The notes below the pieces were generated by a model that made no database searches, was not told where the DNA came from, and was given only the letters and a program-made list of their open reading frames with translations. A stretch of DNA of 32,000 nt from Candidatus Saccharimonadota bacterium. Lineage in GTDB: Bacteria > Bacteroidota > Bacteroidia > Cytophagales > Amoebophilaceae. The stretch is taken from the NCBI RefSeq assembly GCF_936981045.1, contig NZ_OW441264.1:1080001-1112000 (forward strand). The letters are read 5' to 3'. The position numbers and the translations under genes were made by a program. This document shows positions 1 to 9,436 of this stretch, piece after piece; the first letter of the stretch is position 1; the number at the start of each line of letters is the position of its first letter.

Positions 1-15
1 ATCCCGAACTCAGGT
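1..15 (-). mobile_element. Terminus (ATCCCGAACTCAGGT) of an IS982-like element whose body lies left of the window
   Basis: Same 15 nt as the right terminus of the complete copy at 7051..7065. It cuts the IS256-type transposase frame that begins at 16. Confidence 0.6.
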
Positions 16-781
16 TTTTTGGGTATACAGCAGCAATGGCCTCAGACATGCCTGACAAATTATCTGTACATGCAATGAGCATATCGTTCATACCCCGATT
101 TTTGAGTTCTGTTAAATTGCCTAACCAAAATTTAGCCCCTTCATTTTCACTCATCCAAAGCCCTAAAACATCCTTTATGCCAGATCTATCTATACCTAAA
201 GCGACATAGACTGCCTTGTTGATGATACGCTTATCTTGTCTAACTTTAACTACAAAGCAATCAAAAAAAACAATAGAATAGACTGATTCTAAGGGACGAT
301 TTTGCCATATCTTAACATCTTCAATAACAGAGTCTGTGACGTTACTTATCAGGCTTTCACTTACTTCTGCGCCATATAATCCCTGTATTTGAATCTGAAT
401 ATCTGACAGACTCATACCTTTAGCATATAAAGATAAGATCTTATCATCCAAACCAGAAATTCTTGTTTGACGATTAGGCAATAAAATAGGTTCAAAAGTC
501 GATGCTCTACCTCTGGGTACTTCAACCGATATAACGCCATTATCAGTAATAACGTGCTTACTGGATAATCCATTACGTACATTCTCTGAATCACTACGTG
601 CATACTTATTATAACCTAAATGGTCATCCATTTCTGACTGTAATGCTTTTTCTACAAGACGCTTACTTAATTGTTTGAGTAAGCCGTCTTGATCAAAAAG
701 TCTGGAAAGGTCTACACCTGATTCTATCAGTACATCTATGGCCTTGCTTATCCCATCTTTAACTGTCTCTTTTCTTTTTAT
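16..781 (-). pseudogene. IS256/mutator-family transposase, N-terminal ~255 codons, start codon lost and 3' half missing
   Basis: My minus-strand translation reads KRKETVKDGISKAIDVLIESGVDLSRLFDQDGLLKQLSKRLVEKALQSEMDDHLGYNKY...NRPLESVYSIVFFDCFVVKVRQDKRIINKAVYVALGIDRSGIKDVLGLWMSENEGAKFWLGNLTELKNRGMNDMLIACTD. The start position 779..781 reads ATA here but ATG in the remnant at 21163..21165. It is absent from the ORF track because it has no start and runs into the IS982 end. Confidence 0.8.
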
Positions 782-849
782 TGTTTTAAGTGTTATGATT
801 TAGGTAAAGATAAATCCTAAAAAATATTTACACACTTAAAACAAAAGAC
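16..849 (-). mobile_element. IS256-family IS, type A, 5' ~830 bp only
   Basis: Outer end TTTACACACTTAAAACAAAAGAC (827..849) recurs at 21211..21233, and the flanks diverge immediately after it. The interior encodes a mutator-type transposase. The distal part is replaced by the IS982-like end at 1..15. Confidence 0.75.
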
Positions 850-907
850 CCACCGGTTTATCTCGTACTCAGATGCAGGATCTTGTATAGCTTCTACAGC
901 GTCCTTA

Positions 908-1144
908 TTATTTCTTCTTTTTACCATTTACTAATTTATCAATAAGTTTATGCGCTCCGAGCGTTTTACGGAAAAACTCAAGTGCCGCTTCTTTGTTTCT
1001 ATGTTCACGAAATAAAAAATCTATCGTATTATCAGCACTATCTATTGCTCTATATAAATAGACCCATTTCCCTTTTAACTTGACATAAGTTTCATCTAGC
1101 CTCCAACTAGTACTAACTGATTTTTTTCTGTTCTTTTTGAGCAT
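908..1144 (-). pseudogene. IS6-family transposase internal fragment (78 aa), divergent from the other IS6 copies
   Basis: WRLDETYVKLKGKWVYLYRAIDSADNTIDFLFREHRNKEAALEFFRK parallels WKMDETYVKLNGKWIYLYRAVDRYGDTVDFFLSDHRDKSSTLSFFRK of the intact copy at 20130..20837. The N- and C-terminal parts are absent. Confidence 0.7.
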
Positions 1145-1221
1145 CTATTGAATTAATATTTACTGATTATCAGCATTTTGTTTAAAATTTACTATTTCTT
1201 TCTATTTTCTTTTTACTACTA

Positions 1222-2223
1222 ACCTCAGTTCGGGATTAGACGTATTGTGAACCAGTCATATATATATTAGTTATAGAAGGTTTTTTCTCTTTTAGTGCAT
1301 AAGCTGTAATTCCAGCTATCAAATTGACTGGAAAATTAGGTATGCTTCTATGCCTGGAATGTTCTATCTGGCTAATATTTTTGAGCTGATCTATAATAGT
1401 TTCAATTATAGATCGTTTTCTAAGCATCAGTTTATCCCAGAGTGGCATAAAAGCATTTTTCATATTTTTTCTGATCTGGGTAATGAGTTCCACGCCTTTC
1501 TCGATCAGTTTTTCAAATAAATCTTTGCTTATGTAACCTTTATCGGCAAACATTTTACCCATGAAGTGTTTACATAAATTTTCTACAGGAAGCCTATCAT
1601 TAGTTTTACCTGTGGTCAGTTGAAAATTCATAATTTCTCCTAAATCATTGACTATCAAGTGCAACTTTAATCCAAAAAACCAACCGGTGCTGGTTTTACC
1701 TTTAGTAGCAATCGATTTAAAAACCCTGTGCGTATAGGCTCTTTTGATATGGCAAACCTTGATGGCTGTTGCATCCATAAAATAACAACCTGTTTTTGTT
1801 TTAGCAAGACTTTGTGTAAAACAGTACAAGGGAGCTAACGTTCTTTGGATCAGTTCTATAAATCTATTCTAGCTTACTAACTTTCCAAATTTACTAGAAT
1901 GAAATTGCCGTAAATGAATATAATAAGACTTAAAATTTCTAAAACCAATCACATGAAAGGCAATAAGAATAGTCATTATTTCACTCAAAGTTAATGAACA
2001 AGTTCTAGTGGGTTTTCTTTTAGAGTTGGTTAACAGTTGTTTTTCCATATACGGCATAAACTTTATGAGAAATTCATCAACAGCATAATATATTTCAACT
2101 AACTTTTCTACATTCATAACTAGCTCCTTTGGGTAATCTGGTTAGTATTTTTTTATCTCCAAATTTAAAACACAAAGGAGCTTTTTAAAGCTATTTTTTA
2201 ACAAGCTAATCCCGAACTCACGT
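1222..2223 (-). mobile_element. IS982-family IS, copy 1 (1002 bp)
   Basis: Termini ACCTCAGTTCGGGATTAG (1222..) and CTAATCCCGAACTCACGT (..2223) form inverted repeats starting with AC. It is near-identical to 6063..7065. Confidence 0.85.
1236..2117 (-). pseudogene. IS982-family transposase with an in-frame TAG
   Basis: ORFs 1869..2117 and 1236..1829 are one frame split by a stop at 1869..1871. Copy 1 reads AGC TAG AAT where copy 2 reads AGC TAC AAT. The motifs YFMDATAIKVC, WFFGLKLHLIVN and ADKGYIS fit an IS982 DDE transposase. Confidence 0.85.
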
Positions 2224-2491
2224 TAGTAGCGTCTTTTCTTTTAAGTGAAGTTTTGGATATATATTGGGTATTATTCGGCCATTAGCATAACAAAATTCTC
2301 AAAAGCAGAAAGATGATTTTTAGCTCCGATTACTTGTCCTTTTTGAATCATACGAATGTTTTCTATCCCTGCAATGGTAATGGCTGCAGACTTAAAACAC
2401 TTAAAACTAAGCATAGGTTTTAGCCGTTTTTTGATAAACCTATGATCTTGTTCAACTCTATTATTCAAGTATTTGTTTTGAAATATTTGAA

Positions 2492-3772
2492 TAGTGAGGC
2501 CGTTGTGATAGATTTCTATTATAATATTTTTAGGGTTGTTTAGACTGATTTTTGGTATTAAAGTGGTATTAATTTTATTATTTATTGATTTTTATGTACT
2601 TTTATTGCATTTTAGACAGACCATTCCCCTAAAGACCTCTTAATATGATATTTGGCGACCTGTATAAGTTATAGGCTATTGCTTCGATAATGTGTTGCGT
2701 ATGAGTTTTAGCAAGTCCTATGTAGCGAGCTCCTGAGCTTCGGAACCAACTTTTAATACTTCCAAATACACGTTCTACTTTATACCTGGTTTTAGCTACC
2801 AATGTATTAAACCGTTTAGCAGTAGGTGATAAAGGATTATTTCTAGTAGCTTTCTTCTGAATAGCTGATTTTAAGGCTTTATTCTTTAATAAGGTTTCAT
2901 TAGGTGATCCGCTATAGCCCTTATCTGCATATAGCCTACTACCTACTTTTAGCTCTACTTTATCCAATAAGACTTGTAAATGAGCACTATCATGACTAGA
3001 TGCTTTTGTGGTACTGACTGCTAGGACTAAGCCTTCTTTACTTTCCACAAGGATGTGACGCTTATACCCATAGTAGAGATTATCTCCTTTTTTTGTCCAA
3101 CTCGCTTCTGGATCTACACCTTTTTGATAACTTTCGGCTACAGTTATAGTGCCATCTTCATGGAGATCATAGCTTTTTTTACCTTTAGGGCGCCTAGCGG
3201 TAGGCGTAATAGAGGCATCAACAACTGCACCATGTTGAACTAATACACCATGACTAGATAGTTGATCGTTAATTATTTTCAATAACCTTTCTAGGACCTG
3301 CTTCTCCGTAAGCGCAGTCCTAAACCTGCTTAATACGCTATGATCTGGAACAGAACTATCCATGGAAATACGACAAAATCTGCTGAAAGTGATACGATCA
3401 TTTACTTCTTCTTCTACTTGATAGTCACTCAGAGCATACCATGTTTGAAGCAACAGCATTTTAAATAAAAGAAGCGGGCTATAAGCTGCCTTTCCTGATA
3501 AACACAAACCTTTAGGATAATACAAGAAAAGTTCTTTTTCTATTACTTTCCAAGTAATCAGCTTATTAAGCTGATCGAAAAAAGTATGCTTACACTTACG
3601 TCGACTGGCTGAAATATCTGCAAAACTTAATTGATTATTTGTTTTGACGGCCATAACAATATTATTAAAAAGCTTAAGTTTAAACGATTAAAGAATCAAC
3701 CTAATTTAACCATTGTATAACACTAAAAGTCACTTTTTATAACAAAGCTTAAAACTCTATTGCAACAACCTC
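2492..3772 (-). mobile_element. IS5-family IS (about 1281 bp) inserted into the IS6 transposase gene
   Basis: The IS6 sequence ...ATATTTGAAT|GGTATGATC is split here. GAAT is present on both sides (2488..2491 and 3773..3776), a 4-bp target duplication. Imperfect terminal repeats are GAGGCCGTTGTGATAG and CTATTGCAACAACCTC. Confidence 0.75.
2629..3654 (-). CDS. IS5-family DDE transposase, 341 aa, apparently intact
   Basis: Uninterrupted ORF. LLLQTWYALSDYQVEEEVNDRITFSRF, YGYKRHILV, LYADKGYSG and YKVERVFGSIKSWF...RYIGLAKTHTQ follow the IS5-group pattern. Confidence 0.85.
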   Translation of the reverse strand: MAVKTNNQLSFADISASRRKCKHTFFDQLNKLITWKVIEKELFLYYPKGLCLSGKAAYSPLLLFKMLLLQTWYALSDYQVEEEVNDRITFSRFCRISMDSSVPDHSVLSRFRTALTEKQVLERLLKIINDQLSSHGVLVQHGAVVDASITPTARRPKGKKSYDLHEDGTITVAESYQKGVDPEASWTKKGDNLYYGYKRHILVESKEGLVLAVSTTKASSHDSAHLQVLLDKVELKVGSRLYADKGYSGSPNETLLKNKALKSAIQKKATRNNPLSPTAKRFNTLVAKTRYKVERVFGSIKSWFRSSGARYIGLAKTHTQHIIEAIAYNLYRSPNIILRGL

Positions 3773-4326
3773 GAATGGTATGATCTTGATCAAGTTCTGT
3801 ATTGATCGTATCAAGGGCAGCTTTATTACTACCGTTTTTGTCAATTACTACTTTCTTAGGAATATTATTTTCTGTGATCGCCTTACGAAAAAAAGAAAAA
3901 GCTGCAGACTTGTCTCTATGCTCAGATAGAAAAAAGTCAACTGTATCACCATAACGATCTACTGCTCTATATAAATAGATTCACTTCCCGTTTAGTTTAA
4001 CATAGGTTTCATCCATTCTCCAACTACCACCAACTGGTCGCTTTCTTTTTCTTACTGCTTCATCTATAAGAGGAACAAACTTAATAACCCATCTTTGTAG
4101 CGTAGAATGATCAACTCTTGCGCCTCTCATACGCATCATCTCTTCCAAATCTCTATAGCTCAAGGAAAAACGACACTTCATCTAGACAAATAACAGGATG
4201 ACTTCTGCTGAAGAACAATAGCCCTTAAAATAAGGTAATAATTTGGGCGAAATATTAAACATAATAACTACTTTTTTAACTGCAGATGCTAAAATAATGA
4301 TTTTTTAGAATAAACGCGACAAAACC

Positions 4327-4679
4327 TCTCTAAGCAAAAGAATTATCAACCAATCAAAAAAAGTAAAAATAAAGTTTATAGTATCCATGAGCCTGCTGTC
4401 TACTGTGTCAGTAAAGGTAAGGCTTCCCATCTCTATGAATATGGTTGCAAGGTACAATTTACACTAACCCATAAACAGGGATTAATTGTATCCACGGAAG
4501 CTTTACATCCTAATGTATATGATGGACATACCTTGCAGAGGAGTTTATTACAAGCAGAAAAACTATATGGTACTAAGGTGAAATGTGCCTTTGTAGATAA
4601 GGGCTATAAAGGACATAATATACCTAGTAATGCATGTACTATATTTATAAGCGGCTCTAAAAAAGGGATAACACCTGCT
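4327..4679 (+). pseudogene. Fragment of another IS5/IS4-like DDE transposase, cut on both sides by IS ends
   Basis: My translation reads ...KVYSIHEPAVYCVSKGKASHLYEYGCKVQFTLTHKQGLIVSTEALHPNVYDGHTLQRSLLQAEKLYGTKVKCAFVDKGYKGHNIPSNACTIFISGSKKGITPA. No start codon. It is bounded by the IS6 IR (4326) and the IS256-B IR (4680). Confidence 0.55.
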
Positions 4680-6025
4680 GGAAGTGTTCTATAAACTGTG
4701 TCACATCTCCTGTTCATCTCAACGTCTCTTTTAATCTACCGGAAAAAAAGATGTCTATCTGAGATATGGTCAACGCCCAGTTTCGCAGCGGCATAGTCCA
4801 TTTATCCTCGATCTTCTTTATGGCACAATATACTAATTTATACAAAGCATTTATACTGGTAAACGCTCCTTTTGTCTTAGTAAACTTCCTAATCTGCCTA
4901 TGCAAGCTTTCTATAGGATTGGTGGTATAAATTAGCCTTCTGACAGAATCTGAATACTTAAAATAACCAGACAAATGTTCCCAATTATTTTGCCGAGATT
5001 TGGTAACCATTGGATACTTCCCCTCCCATTTTTCTTCTAATTCCAATAGATAATGCTCAGCAACTTCCTTACTTGAAGCTTGATATATTTGCTTTAAATC
5101 AGTTAAAAAACGTTTTACGTCTTTGATAGCTACATACTTGAGTGAGTTTCGTATCTGATGTACTACACAGACCTGCACTTGTGCATTAGGGAAAACGCTA
5201 TTTATGGCTGAAGGAAAGCTTTTTAGGCCATCAACACAGGCAATAAGGATATCTTCTACACCTCTTTCCTTAAGCTCGTTAAGTACACCCAACCAGAAGT
5301 TAGCCCACTCACTTTCAGACAAATAAATCCCAATACTTCTTTTTTACCCTCTTGATCTATGCCTAATAAGGTATACATGCATTTGCTTACACATCTGCCA
5401 TCTTCTTTTACCTTAAAAAACATCCTATCCATGAAAACTATCGGATAAACTGATTGAAGAGGGCGGTTACGCCATTCATTTATTATCGGTAACAAGCTAT
5501 CTGTAATAGATGATATTTCAGCAGCTGATACTTTATGATCATAGATCTCTTCAACATGAACGGCTATAGATTTATAGCTCATACCACTAGAAAACATGCT
5601 TAAGATCTTGCTTTCCAGCTCAGGATGTAGGCTTGTTTGACGCTTTTTAACTATTTGTGGATCGAAACTACCTGTCCTATCCCTAGGAGTTAGCAGATCA
5701 AAGGAACCAGAACTTGTACGTAAAGTTTTAGAGCTTTTGCCATTTCTTCTATTATTTTCTGTTGAATCACTAGATAAATGGTGTGCCATTTCACCTTCTA
5801 GACTTGCCTCTAGAAGCTTTTTTATCAGAGGCGTTAAAGCACCACCTTTTCCTGTTAAAGGCTTACCTAAACGGATGGAGCACAAAATATTTTCCTCCAG
5901 AAATTTGTAATCTACTAAACCAACATAGGAATTGTTCTTATTTTCTTCCATGTCTAAAACCTTTAATGTTTATTTAATTAATTTATAACTTTTTATCGCC
6001 TTGACACAGTTTATAGAACACTTCC
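4680..6025 (-). mobile_element. IS256-family IS, type B (1346 bp)
   Basis: Perfect 24-bp inverted repeats GGAAGTGTTCTATAAACTGTGTCA at 4680..4703 and 6002..6025. No matching direct repeat in the flanks. Confidence 0.85.
4714..5951 (-). pseudogene. IS256/mutator-family transposase with a frameshift
   Basis: ORFs 5256..5951 and 4714..5322 overlap in different frames. The join ...GIDQEGKKEVLGF / YLSESEWANFWLGVLNELKERGVEDILIACVDGL needs one extra T in GGATTTATTTG near 5320..5330. PRDRTGSFDPQIVKK and NPIESLHRQIRK are family motifs. Confidence 0.8.
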
Positions 6026-6062
6026 ATCTTAATCTTTATATGCTAAAGGTATGAGTCTGTCA
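6026..6062 (+). mobile_element. 37-bp internal fragment of the type A IS256-like element, opposite orientation
   Basis: The reverse complement matches 411..447 (TGACAGACTCATACCTTTAGCATATAAAGAT...) except for one extra T. It is sandwiched between the IS256-B IR and the IS982 copy 2 terminus. Confidence 0.5.
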
Positions 6063-7065
6063 ACCTCAGTTCGGGATTAGACGTATTGTGAACCAGTCAT
6101 ATATATATTAGTTATAGAAGGTTTTTTCTCTTTTAGTGCATAAGCTGTAATTCCAGTTATCAAATTGACTAGAAAATTAGGTATGCTTCTATTCCTGGAA
6201 TGTTCTATCTGGCTAATATTTTTGAGATGATCTATAATAGTTTCAATTATAGATCGTTTTCTAAGCATCAGTTTATCCCAGAGTGGCATAAAAGCATTTT
6301 TCATATTTTTTCTAATCTGGGTAATGAGTTCCACGCCTTTCTCGATCAGTTTTTCAAATAAATCTTTGCTTATGTAACCTTTATCGGCAAACATTTTACC
6401 CATCAAGTGTTTACATAAATTTTCTACAGGAAGCCTATCATTAGTTTTACCTGTGGTCAGTTGAAAATTCATAATTTCTCCTAAATCATTGACTATCAAG
6501 TGCAACTTTAATCCAAAAAACCAACCGATGCTGGTTTTACCTTTAGTAGCAATCGATTTAAAAACCCTGTGCGTATAGGCTCTTTTGATATGGCAAACCT
6601 TGATGGCTGTTGCATCCATAAAATAACAACTTGTTTTTGTTTTAGAAAGACTTTGTGTAAAACAGTACAAGGGAACTAACGTTCTTTGGATCAGTTCTAT
6701 AAATCTATTGTAGCTTACTAACTTTCCAAATTCACTAGAATAAAATTGCTGTAAATGAATATAATAAGACTTAAAATTTCTAAAACCAATCACATGAAAG
6801 GTAATAAGAACAGTCATTATTTCACTCAAAGTTAATGAACAAGTTCTAGTGGGTTTTCTTTTAGAGTTGGTTAACAGTTGTTTTTCCATATACGGCATAA
6901 ACTTTATGAGAAATTCATCAACAACATAATATATTTCAACTAATTATTTCTACATTCATAACTGGCTCCTTTGGATAATCTGGTTAGTATTTTTTTATCT
7001 CCAAATTTAAAACACAAAGGAGCTTTTTAAAGCTATTTTTTAACAAGCTAATCCCGAACTCAGGT
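6063..7065 (-). mobile_element. IS982-family IS, copy 2 (1003 bp)
   Basis: Termini ACCTCAGTTCGGGATTAG and CTAATCCCGAACTCAGGT. It is collinear with copy 1 and one nucleotide longer. Confidence 0.85.
6077..6959 (-). pseudogene. IS982-family transposase with a +1 frameshift after codon 4; a 273-aa ORF from an internal Met (6077..6898) remains
   Basis: Copy 1 reads ATGAATGTAGAAAAGTTAGTTG and copy 2 reads ATGAATGTAGAAATAATTAGTTG (start at 6957..6959), giving MNVEIIS-stop. The rest is intact, so activity from Met21 cannot be excluded. Confidence 0.65.
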
Positions 7066-7466
7066 TATGAAAGAAACCTCCCCTATATCGAGCAGAAATA
7101 TGGTCGCACTTCAAAAGAAGTTCAGGAGTGTAGAGGCCGGGACAAACGCCTTGTCGCTGGTATCTAGGGCCAATATGGTGGAGGAAGTCGTGTTGGCGAA
7201 GTAGACGAAGGGTACGTATCAGGGTAATATACACCTTCCCAAAGGCCAGGTTGATTAGAACGTGGCCCACGAATAAAACCACCCCTTGTAAAAAGTTACG
7301 ATGAGAAATCACATCTTGCAGTTGATCAGAAAAACAGCATGTTTGAAGCCCGCGCAGAGGGCAAGTTCTGTTTTTCCAGCAGTAAGGTGTGGTTTCAGCA
7401 ACTTTTTGCCATAGGGCTTGATTTTTTGGCTAGTTTTTGATCCAGCAAAAAATAGCATACAAATCC
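7066..7466. repeat. Long structured intergenic repeat, copy R1
   Basis: Three parts: a GC-richer arm (7066..7281), a foldback (7282..7417) and a GATC hairpin with terminus (7429..7466). The arm is related to 21234..21548 (inverted). The foldback CCCCTTGTAAAAAGTT...AACTTTTTGCCATAGGG and the hairpin GCTAGTTTTTGATCCAGCAAAAAATAGC are related to 26251..26338, 28862..29046 and 14840..14911. Confidence 0.6.
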
Positions 7467-7467
7467 A

Positions 7468-8949
7468 TCAAGACAATTCAAATGAATCATTTAACGCATT
7501 GGCCTTGCTCGAATGAATGACAAACTGTTCCGGTTGAGCGGTAGAAGGGGACATATCCGCATCTATAAACTTCATATATCGGCCCATAAATTGCAGATGA
7601 ACCTGATCTAATGCACCATTCCGATGCTTGGCAACAATAACCTCTGCTAGCCCCTGTGTAGGATTACCCAACTCATCCTCTGTTAAGCCATAATATTCTG
7701 GTCTATATAAGAATAGGACTAGATCCGCATCTTGTTCAATAGAACCCGACTCACGTAAATCAGATAATTGAGGCCGTTTGCTCCCTCCACGTGTCTCTAC
7801 TGCCCTACTTAATTGAGAAAGTGCCACCACTGCAATGTCCAACTCTTTGGCAATGTTTTTAAGCGCACGTGAAATCGAAGCAATCTCTTGTTCACGGTTG
7901 CCCCCTCCTCTATTAGGATCGCCTGACATAAGCTGCAAATAGTCAATAACAACCAGTTGAATATCATGTTTGGCCTTAAGCCTTCTACATTTGGTGCGTA
8001 GTTCAAAAACAGAGAGGGCAGGTGTATCATCTACGTAGATCGGAGCATTGGAGAGTTCGGCCGTTTTATGAAGCAATTGTTCCCACTCATGGTCCATTAA
8101 TTTACCTTGCTTTATTTTTTCACCCGCTAACTCTGCTTCAGCTGATATCAATCGATTGACCAATTGTAATGCACCCATTTCTAAGGAAAAAATAGCTACG
8201 GGTAACTTATGGTCTATAGCTGCATTGCGTAAAGCAGAGAGTACAAAAGCGGTTTTACCCATACCAGGTCTAGCTGCAATAATAATCAAATCAAACTTTT
8301 GCCAACCAGAGGTAATACGGTCTAAAGCGGTAAACCCACTTGGAATACCAGTCAGCCCATTAGTGCGCATGCGACGGTTATGTAAACTATCAAAGGCTTC
8401 TACCAATAATGAACGTATCTCTAGATAACGCTTGCGCATATTGCCATCCGAAATCTCAAATAGTGCCTGTTCAGTACGATCTAAAGTATTGAAAACATCC
8501 ATAGTAGGATCATAGGCATACTTCTGAACCATAGTGGAAATCTCTATTAACTTTCTGCGCATGGCATATTCTAGAATAGCCCTAGCATGAAATTCAATAT
8601 TGGCTGAAGAGCTAATGCGCGTCGTTAGATAACTTACATAATAACTTCCGCCTACTGCATCCAATTTACCATCTTTGCGCAACTGATTGACTACCGTAAG
8701 CATATCTATGGGCTCTGAATCATTAAACAGTTGTACGATGGCTCGATAAATTTCTTGATGGGATTCTTTATAAAAACTCTCAGGCCGTAAAAGATCAATG
8801 ACGCTCACTAACGCCTCTTTCTCTAACATCAATGCACCCAATACGCCCTCTTCTAAATCTAAGGCATGTGGAGGATATTTTGCATTGATCGCAAACGTGT
8901 CAGACGGATTAGATGGTGCCGCTTCTAAGTCTTTAGTATATGTTTTCAT
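7468..8949 (-). CDS. dnaB: Replicative DNA helicase DnaB
   Basis: 493-aa ORF. N-terminal PPHALDLEEGVLGALML, Walker A AARPGMGKTAF, and LVVIDYLQLM and SQLSRAVE motifs. Confidence 0.95.
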   Translation of the reverse strand: MKTYTKDLEAAPSNPSDTFAINAKYPPHALDLEEGVLGALMLEKEALVSVIDLLRPESFYKESHQEIYRAIVQLFNDSEPIDMLTVVNQLRKDGKLDAVGGSYYVSYLTTRISSSANIEFHARAILEYAMRRKLIEISTMVQKYAYDPTMDVFNTLDRTEQALFEISDGNMRKRYLEIRSLLVEAFDSLHNRRMRTNGLTGIPSGFTALDRITSGWQKFDLIIIAARPGMGKTAFVLSALRNAAIDHKLPVAIFSLEMGALQLVNRLISAEAELAGEKIKQGKLMDHEWEQLLHKTAELSNAPIYVDDTPALSVFELRTKCRRLKAKHDIQLVVIDYLQLMSGDPNRGGGNREQEIASISRALKNIAKELDIAVVALSQLSRAVETRGGSKRPQLSDLRESGSIEQDADLVLFLYRPEYYGLTEDELGNPTQGLAEVIVAKHRNGALDQVHLQFMGRYMKFIDADMSPSTAQPEQFVIHSSKANALNDSFELS

Positions 8950-8961
8950 ACTAGGTGATAC

Positions 8962-9435
8962 TTAAACTAGCCCAAAATCAGGCATGATAGATGAATTGCT
9001 TCTACTAAATCTAGATAAACCTCTTATTTTCAAGGTTTTAATCATGTGTGCCAACCCGTTGGCGCGCTGAAATCCAATCAACGCGCTTATGCCAATGGCT
9101 TCTGTAAAATAGAGCTTAGCCTCTACAATAGCTTGTACAGACTGGCCAGAAAATACCTTCAATAATAAACTAATTAATCCCTTTGTAATGACTGTATTGC
9201 TATCGGCTTGAAAAAATAGTCGTTCTTGTATAAGTGTATCCACTACCCATACTTTAGACATACAGCCTTGCACCAAATAGGCATCCGTCTTATACAAGGG
9301 ATCCATGGGAGCTAATGTGTTTCCTAAATCAATAAGATAGTCCAGCGTAGCGACTCTATCACCAGACAACATAGCAAAGGCATCTATGATTTCGTCTTGG
9401 TGTTGATCAACTGTCTTAAATGCTATTTGTACCAT
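8962..9435 (-). CDS. sufE: SufE-like cysteine desulfuration protein
   Basis: GCMSKVWVV active-site region and FFQADSNTVITKGLISLL. Start chosen at MVQIAF (9433..9435), just after the sufS stop; the ORF extends to 9456. Confidence 0.8.
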   Translation of the reverse strand: MVQIAFKTVDQHQDEIIDAFAMLSGDRVATLDYLIDLGNTLAPMDPLYKTDAYLVQGCMSKVWVVDTLIQERLFFQADSNTVITKGLISLLLKVFSGQSVQAIVEAKLYFTEAIGISALIGFQRANGLAHMIKTLKIRGLSRFSRSNSSIMPDFGLV

Positions 9436-9436
9436 A

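Larger units (their letters stand above)
2271..4262 (-). pseudogene. IS6-family transposase, interrupted by the IS5-like element and carrying two nonsense changes
   Basis: The C-terminal 65 aa (2271..2468) and N-terminal part (3773..4262) match the 235-aa intact protein. TGG to TGA at 3981..3983 (GKW to GK-stop). TAC to TAG just upstream of MKCRF at about 4185. Confidence 0.8.
2224..4326 (-). mobile_element. IS6-family IS copy, left terminal ~25 nt missing, split by an IS5-like insertion
   Basis: 2224..2491 and 3773..4326 align with the intact copy at 20069..20901. The right IR AATAAACGCGACAAAACC ends at 4326. The left side starts at TAGTAGCGTCTTTTCTTTTAAG, directly after the IS982 terminus. 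Confidence 0.8.

Noticed and set aside
412-603. 63-aa ORF inside the IS256-A remnant
   Set aside because: It is out of frame with the clear mutator-type transposase frame on the same strand. It is a chance ORF.
3055-3243. Antisense or alternative-frame ORFs in IS genes and the symporter relic (3055..3243, 5783..5977, 16590..16805, 17130..17336)
   Set aside because: They lie opposite to, or out of frame with, recognisable transposase, RT or transporter frames. They have low-complexity composition and no motifs.
7040-7312. 90-aa ORF on the minus strand, with the similar-looking 99-aa ORF at 21247..21546
   Set aside because: Both lie inside the noncoding GC-richer repeat. Their similarity (RNFLQGVVLF versus RTFLQAAVFLF) follows DNA similarity and is lost after indels. 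There is no recognisable domain. One overlaps the IS982 terminus.
7809-8428. Internal or antisense ORFs inside real genes
   Set aside because: These include 7809..8030 and 8156..8428 in dnaB, 11366..11551 and 11888..12094 in sufD/sufC, 18329..18514 in dprA, and 22019..22225 in the ank gene. The same applies to 23319..25196 (several) in mutS, 26525..26974 in the transporter, 29937..30296 in the permease, and 30665..31240 in hisS. They are shadow ORFs nested in strongly supported genes, with no recognisable motifs.
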